This document shows, piece after piece, positions 45,334 through 54,200 of a DNA stretch of 64,000 nucleotides. Below the pieces are notes generated by a model. It made no database searches. It worked only from the letters and a program-made list of their open reading frames with translations, and was not told where the DNA came from. The stretch is from Rubripirellula sp. (GTDB lineage Bacteria > Planctomycetota > Planctomycetia > Pirellulales > Pirellulaceae). Numbering within the stretch: the stretch's first letter is position 1; the number at the start of each line of letters is the position of its first letter. The translations under genes were made by a program, and so were the position numbers. The DNA lies in contig OZ244207.1 in the NCBI GenBank assembly GCA_965216875.1, forward strand, positions 3,552,001-3,616,000, read 5' to 3'.

Positions 45334-48207
45334 TTACTCGAGTAAACGGAATTCGGTGCTGGCGATCATCGCCGCCACATACTCATGCCAGGCATCCAAT
45401 GAGTCTTGTCCGCCCTTGGACGCCTCGAAAAACTTCATCGCGATCTCGATATCTCCCGCCGTTGGCTGACGATGAAACAATGTGACATAGGCGTGGCGCA
45501 GCCGATCATCGAAATGCGCTGCGTTGGACATCACATCACTCGCCGCCTGCTTGGCCCATTCATTGACCACGGGACTGTTCACAAGGGCCAAAGCTTGAGC
45601 AGGCACATTGGTGGTCGGTCGTCTGCCAACCAACAAGTCGGGTTCGGCCGCGTCAAGGTTCTTCATCAGCGACGGCACGTAGCCGCGGACAACCGGCAAG
45701 TAGACCGAACGACACGGCTCGCCAACGCCCTTGAATTTAGCCTTGCTATCGGCGTTATTACTCGACACCAATGTCCCGCGCCCCTTCATCGGTTCGAACC
45801 GAGGCTGACGATCAAGTTGGCCAGCCGCGACAAGCATCGAATCGCGAATCGATTCGGCTGGAAGTCGACGTCGATGGGCACGCCAAACAAGACGGTTCTC
45901 TGGATCAATCTCGCTGGCGGTTGCGTTGTATTCCGACGACCTCTGGTAAGCTGCTGAGAGCACGATTTTGCGAACCAAGCTCTTTGTTCGCCAACCGTTG
46001 CGAACAAAGTCGGTCGCTAACGCATCGAGCATCTCGGGATGCGAAGGACGGTCACCCTGGATACCAAAGTTATCGACGGTGCGAACCAAACCTTCGCCCA
46101 TCAAATGCATCCAAACGCGGTTAACGTAAACGCGCGCCACAACGGGGTTGTCCGGATCGGTTAACCAATCGGCAAGCTCCACCCGGCCGCTGCCAGTTGG
46201 GTTGGCGATCGAGACGTCACCACTTCCACAGACTTGCAAGAACCCTCGCGGCACGACCTCACCAAGGTTCTTCACTTCGCCGCGAATATGCACCGGTGAG
46301 TCGGAAATGGAAGCACTCGAACGGTCCGACGGCGCCATCGCTTCGGGAAGCGGCGGCGGAGCGTTCTTTTTCAATCGATCCAGATCGGATTTGAGCGAAG
46401 CAACCGTTTCCTCGGCCTTGTCGATCGCGCGTTGATTGGCGGCAACCTGTTTGGCATTTTCCTTGGACGATGAATCTGAATCCGAATCGAGCGGCAAGAA
46501 CTGAACGGCATCCGCAATCACATAGCCACTGGTCCCTTCGTTTCGCAAAGTGACCGCGACCTCGCGATCCGCGTCAAATTCAAACTCGCCGATCGGTGAC
46601 CACATCGGTTGAATGCGAACCTTACGCATATCGACTGTCAGCTCAATGGTTTCTTCACCATTGCTGATCGTGACCGGGACAGCCTTTGCACGATTGGACC
46701 CGGGCGAATGCGAAAGCCGAACCTCGTAGCGTCCTGTCGCGGGTAATTTGGTGGTGAACGTAATCGACGCGTCACCTTTGCCGCTATTGTTGTCGTGAAT
46801 GTAGCCGACGCCGAAAAAGCTCTTGTAGATCGTCGACGCTTTCCAATAGCCCTTCTTCTCGGCCTCGGAATCATCGACCACGATGCCTTCGTAGCTTCCC
46901 GATTGTTTTTCCTTGACCGCCTTCAAGTTCGTTTCGGCTTGCTTGATTTCCTCTTGCAACCTTTTCATCGCGTCACGATGTTCTTTGACCTGTGCGACGT
47001 GCGCAGCGGTGGTTGGCAACTTCACACGATTCCAAGTGCTAACGTACTTCTGACTCTCGCCATTGAGTGTCATGGTGCTGCGAAAGATGCCCGCCAATGC
47101 GTAATAGTCTTCGGTCGGAATGGGATCGAACTTGTGGTCATGACATCGTGCACAACCGAGCGTCAATCCAAGGAAGGCTCGTCCGACCGTGTCGATCTGT
47201 TCGTCGACAACATCAAGCACAAGCTTTGGTTTGTCCCGTTCGCTGAGCATTTTTGTGCCGAGCATCAAGAAGGTGCTGGCGACAATGTTGTCGTGACGTT
47301 GTGCATCGTTCGAAAAGGGGAGTTGATCGCCCGCAATCTGCTGGCGAATCATCTGGTCAAACGGGGTATCTGCCGCAAAGGCGCGAATCAGATAGTCACG
47401 ATAACGCCACGCTTCGTGGTGGGTCGCATTGAAGTCGGCACCATTGCTGTCGGCATAGCGTGCGACGTCCATCCAATGGCGAGCCCAATGTTCGCCAAAG
47501 CCGGGAGTCGCGAGGAGTTGATCCACGATCCGGCGCCAATGTCGCGGCGAGGGATCGGACAACCACTGCTGGACCAGATTCGGATCGGGCGGCAGGCCAG
47601 TCAGGTCGTAGGCGAGACGACGAAGTCTCGCAGCCGGGGGCGCGGGACCATTGGCAACCACGCCGCTGGCATCAAGCTTGTCCGACAAGAACTGATCAAT
47701 CACGCCTCGCGATTCACGCGACGCATGCTTCGGGACGGAGTGAAAACCGACCGGTTGGAATGCCCAAAATTCACGGCCAGCCTCGATGTCGATTTGTGAT
47801 GCCATCGACGGCGGCCGCACCGTGCCGCGCCGCGGGTCGACCGCGCCCGCGTCGATCCACTTCTGAAAGTCGTCGATCACATGGTCAGGCAATTTGCCTT
47901 CCGGCGGCATTTCGGTCGATTCATAGCGAATCGCCGAGATGAGAACGCTTGCCTCGGCATCCCCTTTGACCAGCGACGGACCACTGTCACCACCGCTCAT
48001 CATGCCATCGGACGAATCAAGTAACAGCGATCCGCCAATTTCGTCGGCGTCAGACGAATGGCATTGGTAGCAATGTTCGACCAGCACCGGGCGAATGCGG
48101 TTTTCAAAGAATGCAACCGAACCGGGTTCGTCCGCAAAGCAACCGCGGCCAGAATCCAGGAGAGGGCAGAATAGGAAAAAGAGAAGGAGCAGCCGAATCG
48201 TTCGCAC
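45334..48207 (-). CDS. PSD1 / DUF1549-DUF1553 planctomycete cytochrome c protein with inserted golvesin/CBM-like domain
   Basis: FFENRIRPVL..CYQCH, WIDAGA, WAFQP, GEHWARHWMDVARYADS, CARCHDHKFDP, NRVW..LMG.GLV.T.DNFG, PSHPE; insert GIVVDDSEA..GRYEVR..ADAVQF. Confidence 0.93.
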   Translation of the reverse strand: MRTIRLLLLFFLFCPLLDSGRGCFADEPGSVAFFENRIRPVLVEHCYQCHSSDADEIGGSLLLDSSDGMMSGGDSGPSLVKGDAEASVLISAIRYESTEMPPEGKLPDHVIDDFQKWIDAGAVDPRRGTVRPPSMASQIDIEAGREFWAFQPVGFHSVPKHASRESRGVIDQFLSDKLDASGVVANGPAPPAARLRRLAYDLTGLPPDPNLVQQWLSDPSPRHWRRIVDQLLATPGFGEHWARHWMDVARYADSNGADFNATHHEAWRYRDYLIRAFAADTPFDQMIRQQIAGDQLPFSNDAQRHDNIVASTFLMLGTKMLSERDKPKLVLDVVDEQIDTVGRAFLGLTLGCARCHDHKFDPIPTEDYYALAGIFRSTMTLNGESQKYVSTWNRVKLPTTAAHVAQVKEHRDAMKRLQEEIKQAETNLKAVKEKQSGSYEGIVVDDSEAEKKGYWKASTIYKSFFGVGYIHDNNSGKGDASITFTTKLPATGRYEVRLSHSPGSNRAKAVPVTISNGEETIELTVDMRKVRIQPMWSPIGEFEFDADREVAVTLRNEGTSGYVIADAVQFLPLDSDSDSSSKENAKQVAANQRAIDKAEETVASLKSDLDRLKKNAPPPLPEAMAPSDRSSASISDSPVHIRGEVKNLGEVVPRGFLQVCGSGDVSIANPTGSGRVELADWLTDPDNPVVARVYVNRVWMHLMGEGLVRTVDNFGIQGDRPSHPEMLDALATDFVRNGWRTKSLVRKIVLSAAYQRSSEYNATASEIDPENRLVWRAHRRRLPAESIRDSMLVAAGQLDRQPRFEPMKGRGTLVSSNNADSKAKFKGVGEPCRSVYLPVVRGYVPSLMKNLDAAEPDLLVGRRPTTNVPAQALALVNSPVVNEWAKQAASDVMSNAAHFDDRLRHAYVTLFHRQPTAGDIEIAMKFFEASKGGQDSLDAWHEYVAAMIASTEFRLLE

Positions 48208-48360
48208 GAGCAAATCCGGGGCTGAGTGTGGTGGGTAGGTGGGAGGCGGGGCCTCTATCCTAACACAGCGGAACGCCCAACGCCGCAAACTTTAGGGCGA
48301 CAAGGCGTTGGATTGGACATCGATTCAACGAAATCGATCGAAAAAAGCACCCGTTCTCAC

Positions 48361-48558
48361 GTAGGGTGCGTGCTTGCACGCACCACTCAATCTAGAAGCA
48401 GCACCCCAGCGAACAGCCCGCAACTGAAGTGCTTGAGCGCTACTTTCGACGGAGCGAAAGGCGACGATGGCCCGTAGGGTGCGTGCTTGCACGCACCAAG
48501 ATCGAGGGCATCGGGATTGCGTTAGGGGTGGTGCGTGCGAGCACACACCCTACGTCGT
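48361..48558. repeat. REP family D cluster including 119-bp direct repeat copy 1 (48440-48558)
   Basis: GTAGGGTGCGTGCTTGCACGCACC at 48361 and 48474, inverted copy at 48530-48553. Confidence 0.9.
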
Positions 48559-48657
48559 CTAGATAGTGCCGAGGCCCCGGTGCGTCTCGATTTGGAATTG
48601 GTGACCTTAGGCGATAAGATCGCTCAATCACTGGATAGAAGCCGAGGAAGGTGATCG

Positions 48658-49680
48658 ATGAAGCGACTGCTGAGTGTAACTGCCGTGCTCTGCTTGATGA
48701 CTTCGGTGGGAATGAGCGACGACGATCGAGCCAAAGATCACGTCTTTGATTCGATCGACCAAATGCTGAGCGAACGCCAAACGATGAACAAGAAGTTCGC
48801 AGCCGTTTACCGGGGCGAGCTCATTCGCTTTGGTGATCGACCAGCGACCATGGCTCTCGTTTTCTATGCCCGCGCGGTGGACGCGAAACGCAAGTTGGAC
48901 CTTCAGGCATCATTCAATCCGGTCCCCAGCCCCAATGGGGATATCGAATCGGGGATTGAATATGTGCGCGAGGGAACGACGTGGAAAGCACGCCGAAGCG
49001 GAGAGCTCTTTGTGCACCCCTATTCTCTCAAGCCCAAAGGGGCTTCTGTCAAAGGCTGGGAGGAAGGATTCCATTCTGCCAATGTGATTGACCCCTATGA
49101 CGACTTCATGCTTGGCTACACCGGTCTCGAGGGCCCGTCGGACTACCAGGGTATTGAAATGCTTTACCTGGGCCGAGCACGTCTGATCGACGCGAAACGC
49201 GGATTGGCGAACCGACTTGTTTCGCGCTGGGACGTTCCCAATCCGCTGGGAAAGATGATCACGACCGTCGAGCAGAGTCCCAAGCATGGCATGCCACTTC
49301 GCGTGTCGACCAAGGTCCAAAACCGGAAAAACACGTTTTGGGACATGAAGATCGAGTGGCAAGACCACAAGGATCGGTGGTTGCCACACCGGATCAAAGC
49401 GTCAAAGGGCGATATCAACAATGGCCCCAAGAGGACCGAGCAAACCCTGCTCTGCCGTTGGCTGGTGGGGGACGAGGTGCCGGATGCTGTGTTCGAAAGC
49501 GACGACCATCTCGCCGCGTTATTCGAAGCTCTCAATCTTCCGAACAGTCTCGTTGTTGAGGGTGTGGTCGTGCGCGGCCAGTACACGCTTCCCAAGAATC
49601 TTATCGAGGATCGTGATCGAAGCCCAAGTAGACGCAAGCCCACTACTTTCGACGGAGCGAAACGCGACGATGGCCCGTAG
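48658..49680 (+). CDS. Secreted hypothetical protein
   Basis: AGGTG RBS, signal peptide MKRLLSVTAVLCLMTSVG; beta-rich; stop codon lies inside downstream repeat. Confidence 0.75.
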   Translation: MKRLLSVTAVLCLMTSVGMSDDDRAKDHVFDSIDQMLSERQTMNKKFAAVYRGELIRFGDRPATMALVFYARAVDAKRKLDLQASFNPVPSPNGDIESGIEYVREGTTWKARRSGELFVHPYSLKPKGASVKGWEEGFHSANVIDPYDDFMLGYTGLEGPSDYQGIEMLYLGRARLIDAKRGLANRLVSRWDVPNPLGKMITTVEQSPKHGMPLRVSTKVQNRKNTFWDMKIEWQDHKDRWLPHRIKASKGDINNGPKRTEQTLLCRWLVGDEVPDAVFESDDHLAALFEALNLPNSLVVEGVVVRGQYTLPKNLIEDRDRSPSRRKPTTFDGAKRDDGP

Positions 49681-49761
49681 GGTGCGTGCTTGCACGCACC
49701 AAGATCAAGGGTATCGGGATTGCGTTAGGGGTGGTGCGTGCGAGCACACACCCAACGTCGT
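49643..49761 (+). repeat. 119-bp direct repeat copy 2 (REPIN-like inverted REP pair)
   Basis: Matches 48440-48558 with 4 mismatches by eye. Confidence 0.9.
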
Positions 49762-50427
49762 TTAGTAGTTGCTCGCGTGTGGCGGGCCTTCGACAACGCT
49801 TGGTCGGGCGCGGAAGATCTTTCGCGTGCGGCTGGGACGATACGGCGGCTCGGCGGGGCTGATTTCAACCACCTCTGCCGCTGGCGTTGGAACGGCACCG
49901 GTGTGCATGTAGTGGCCTCCGCAGGCATCACAGCCATCACACGATTCGACGCCACAGCCGACTTCGACACCACACCCGGCCTCAACGCCGCAACCTACTT
50001 CGACGCCGCAGCCCACTTCGACTTCGGTGCAGCAGCTATCACAGCCGGCGTCACAGCCTGAGCAACCAACGGTATCGCAGGTGTTGCAACCGGTGTCGCC
50101 GCAACGGTAGCCCCAGAGACTTGCTACGCCCGAAAAGACGGAGCGGCATTTGCCACAGGATTGGCCGTTGTAGTTACCGCATTGGTCGCATGGATCGCAA
50201 ATGTCGGCGCGATGGTTGATCCAAGGATCAACATACAGTTCGCCACACCCGCCGCATTCGCCGCAGGAATCGCATTCACCACATCCACCGCAAGCGGATG
50301 GCAACGCAATCGGCCCGCGAGGACCACAGGGGCCACATGACATTGGCCCGACGCAACCGGTCGCACAAATGATGGAAAGGGCAGCGATCGCAAGTGCTGC
50401 TTTGGGAATCAGGGAAACAGTCGCCAT
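49762..50427 (-). CDS. Cys-rich putative lipoprotein with GCGVE(V/A) repeats
   Basis: Lipobox ICATGC; many CxxC/CGxC; GCGELYVDPWINH..CDPCDQCGN; 18-bp tandem repeats. Confidence 0.8.
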   Translation of the reverse strand: MATVSLIPKAALAIAALSIICATGCVGPMSCGPCGPRGPIALPSACGGCGECDSCGECGGCGELYVDPWINHRADICDPCDQCGNYNGQSCGKCRSVFSGVASLWGYRCGDTGCNTCDTVGCSGCDAGCDSCCTEVEVGCGVEVGCGVEAGCGVEVGCGVESCDGCDACGGHYMHTGAVPTPAAEVVEISPAEPPYRPSRTRKIFRARPSVVEGPPHASNY

Positions 50428-50542
50428 GATTGGAATCCTGCGTTTGAATGGGTGGACACAATCGGTATCGGCGACCTAACCGGAAAAATTGAATCGAATT
50501 ACATAATCGGAAAAGTTTCACAGCCAGAAGCTGGCTACCCCC

Positions 50543-50582
50543 GAAGGCCGGATCAAAGAGCGACAGCGACGCGGATCCGGCA
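50543..50582 (+). repeat. REP-like family C single copy
   Basis: GAAGGCCGGATCAAAGAGCGACAGCGACGCGGATCCGGCA, reverse of copies at 12171, 12358 and 43844. Confidence 0.8.
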
Positions 50583-50760
50583 AAATCCCTGTCCATGGGG
50601 CACCCCCACTTTCTGCCAAAACAGCGACGAATTTGCGAATCAGAAACGCGTGGACCTAACGTGTCAGTTGCCTCCTCGATGATCCTTCTGTCAGCCGAGA
50701 GCTGGCAAAACAAACCGGACATTCAAAGTTCCACATCATCCCAATCAAGGAGGATTTCCG

Positions 50761-51144
50761 ATGCCAAAGTTCTACGTCCAGTGTGGCCCCATTCACGTTG
50801 TGTTGCTTGCCGAGTCGGTCGAGAACGCTGCCATGGCAGGTCTCGATCGGTCACTTCAAAACCATCTCTGGATCTATGATGACCCACGTCTGAGCGAGCA
50901 AGATTGCCAAGATCATTTGATGATCGAAGCTCTGCTGCACCTCGAACCGACTGTACGCGTCAGTGAAATTGGCTTCGACCGCAAGGATGCATCCCAGGTG
51001 AACGTCCCCGAGCTGATCGTTCGCTGGCATGAAATGATGGTCGGGATGAACCAGCTTTTCGCGCTCGCCGGATTAGGGCCGCGGTCGATGCAAAGCCTCG
51101 AAGAAGAGCGTGAACCGATGCCGCAACCTCGACAACCTCGTTAG
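50761..51144 (+). CDS. Hypothetical protein
   Basis: Strong AAGGAGG RBS; MPKFYVQCG..VSEIGFDR. Confidence 0.8.
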   Translation: MPKFYVQCGPIHVVLLAESVENAAMAGLDRSLQNHLWIYDDPRLSEQDCQDHLMIEALLHLEPTVRVSEIGFDRKDASQVNVPELIVRWHEMMVGMNQLFALAGLGPRSMQSLEEEREPMPQPRQPR

Positions 51145-51166
51145 GCCACTCCGTGTGGTCAACGCC

Positions 51167-51236
51167 GTTCGTAGTCCCGCCATTGGGCGGATTATGGGAA
51201 GCGAGAAGATTCCGGCCAAAGCTCGGCACCACGAAC
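51167..51236. repeat. REP-like inverted pair (family B variants)
   Basis: GTTCGTAGTCCCGCCATTGGGCGGATT and AGATTCCGGCCAAAGCTCGGCACCACGAAC. Confidence 0.75.
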
Positions 51237-51268
51237 TGCCGGCTTGAAAAAACACAGGCTCGCCGCAT

Positions 51269-54200
51269 CTAATCCCGCGACTCTTCCAGCAAGCGTTCGT
51301 ACTCTTCGATCTCTGCAGGTGTTGCCGGCTCGGCTTGCCCCTGGGCGTCGTCTTTGGCGGCGTCTTGCCTGACAAAGCGATAGGTCAACAGTTCGCCGCC
51401 GATTTGAACGATGACTCTCGACAACCCTGACTGAATGGTTTGACGAGTCTGCAAGATGTTCATTCGGCTACGGATCTGCCGGTCGAGTGCCTTGCTTAAC
51501 TCTTTGCCATCACGCACATCCAAGGCAAGCACATCGAGTTTGAGTTGGCGGCTTGTCGATGGGGCACCGTAGGTCGAGCGACTACGGCTCAGGGTAATGA
51601 TCGGCGTCCCCGCAGGATGGTGAATCGTGCAGCCCCAAGGTTCCTCGAAATCCTTGCTCCAATTCAAATCACCACTCTCCAAATCGATCGCGTACATCCC
51701 GTGGGTTGTCACGTGATACTTACTGTCGCCCGTTTGCAATCCACCAGCAGCCAGGCGTGGTCGTTGATCGCGACGTTTGGGCAGCAGCACGATTTGACCA
51801 TCAAGCACCATTGCCTGAAGACCAAGCAGGTTCTGGTAGGCGGGCAACTCAGGCGTGGAAACTTCACGTGCTTCTTTTAAGTCCCACACGGCTGCCTTCC
51901 CTGTACTCTGCAGCGTCACCAAGTAGCGTCCATTGACCACACGACCGTAGCCGCAGGGAATGTCGGCGTTGGTGCGGTTGGATCCCAAGCAGTTCATCTC
52001 CAGCTTGACCTCACCGGTAAACGCATCCACCAGGCGAATCACATACACACGTTTTTCATCAGTCTTGGCGTAACAGAGAACATTTCGGCCCGCTGCAGCC
52101 CACCTGTCGCCATGTGTCCAAGGTTTTGACTCAAGCTTGCGACCATCAAGCAAATTGAAGTAGTCCACTTTTTTACTTGACGGCGAAACGACTGCGACCC
52201 TTCCGTCTTGTTCCAAAATCGCACCGCTACTTGGCGCATCCGAATTCCGCCAAAGCGGCTCTTTGGTTTCCAAATCGAGAGCAATCAACTCGCTTCCTTG
52301 CCCCATAATGATCCTGTCACCAAGGACGGGACCGAGACGGAATTCAGCGTTGTCGTTGATGGAACTCGTGTTGACCATCGCGTACTTGATGATCTGAGCT
52401 TCAAACGGATTCGTATCGCTTCGACGGCGAGCAATCGCCCCTCCGTCGCCACTGAGCGAGCGACGCCAAACCACAGCCTCGCCATCGGCAGCAACCACGC
52501 TGCGAAGATTCACTCCGATCAATTCGGTCGGCAGGACAATGACCATGAAGGAACCACAGACAATGGCTTCTTTGTCGGTATCAAGTGATCGGTCAACACT
52601 TTCAAGCACGATCTGGCGAATCGATCCCTTGTTCGGATCACGCATCGCCAGCGGGCTTGACCCTTCACCCAACAACACCCAGTTCTCGAACTGTTTGCCC
52701 GCAATGTGTCGAGTCGCTGCAAAACGCTGCGCAGGCACATTGAAGCCCGTCGAAATGATCTGCTGCGAGACCCAAGACAGGTTTACCTCATTGCTCCATT
52801 GAGGCTTGGACGGAACGCGTTTGGAAAGCGTTTCCATATCGTCAACAAGCTTCGATGTCTTGTCATCGAGGTCGCGTGAGCGAAGTGCTGTGATCACCTC
52901 GGCGGCATCGGCGGTGTAACGACTTTCGGCGAAAACGCTCGCCAGTGACAGCAAGCGTTCATCGGACATCTGTGCATAATGCTCCGCGGTCGGCAGTTTC
53001 TGGCCCAGCGACAAACGTTCGAGCGCAAACCACGATCCCGATTGGGCGAGTCGCCGCGAAAGCTCGGAACGTAGCCCTTCAATTCCCTCGAGCGGGCCGA
53101 AATGCCTGATCAGCCGGGCGAGCGATTTATTGGGGCCAAGTCGCAGCGGTTCAACCGCCTCGGTCACAAGCCGATTGACCGTCTCCAATTGCTGTGCATC
53201 GCATTGATCGAGAATCTCGACCACACGGCCAGCAATCCAACTGTTCAATGAACAGTAGCGACCGCGGTCGGAGAGCAACTCTTCGGTGCGCGGGTCAAGC
53301 TCCGGAACGCTGCCGAGCAACTGCGACAAGCTCAACAGATGCGTGATCGCCATCGCGTAGTCACCGTCTTGGACGGCCGCTTCAACACGCAGAGCCAAAA
53401 AGTCAGCACGCTGTTCGTCTCGCTCGATCAAACGGTCAAGCGTATCCACAAGTTCGGGATCGATTTGCAAGTCATCGCGAAAAGCACCCAACATCGCGGT
53501 CACACTCAGCATGTGTACTTCGGCGTTCGCTGGCTCGATCGCCCGCGCTTTGGCAAGCAACTCGAGTGCCTCGCGGCGTTTGCGGTGCTGAATCAACAAT
53601 TCTGATTTTCGAACGAGTGCTTCAAGATCGTTGGGATCCTTTTGCAACATTTTGTCGACGAGCGGTTCAAGCGACTCTTCGCCGTAGGCCACCGAGATTG
53701 CGGAAACGCCCTGGGCGATGATCTCTCCTCCAGCCGCAATCAGGTTGCCAAGCGAATAGCGCGTTGTACGCCGCTGTAAGACTTCACCCGTTTCTAGCGA
53801 GATGCGAACCAATTGGTTCGACGTTATCGGAATCAGGTAATCGTCGTCACCAAACACACCGCGGCCGATGATCTGCTGGCCAGCCGACAGCATGTCGCTT
53901 GGACTCGTCCAAAGCAGGTCCCCGTTTTGAATATCGAACGCGCGAACCTGGTCCGCACTGACGATGTAAAACCGGTTGTCGCGTGCGCCGGCCAAATAAC
54001 GCAGATGCACGCGGTTCTTTTCTTTGAACCGTGGCTTTCCCGTTACCAGGTCAATACCGTAAAGCCGATCCGATTCGATGGGTGTCACCAACACGGTATC
54101 ACCGTGAGCGATTGCGTTGCCGCTGTGCCAACGCTGCATCAATTGCGACGCATCGTACGCGTTGCGACTGTTCATCGATCGTCCAATCGGGCTGGCCCGA

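Noticed and set aside
48440..49761. Integron cassette (attC) or IS element
   Set aside because: No integrase or transposase, no clear RYYYAAC/GTTRRRY cores or terminal inverted repeats; the repeats are built of REP units
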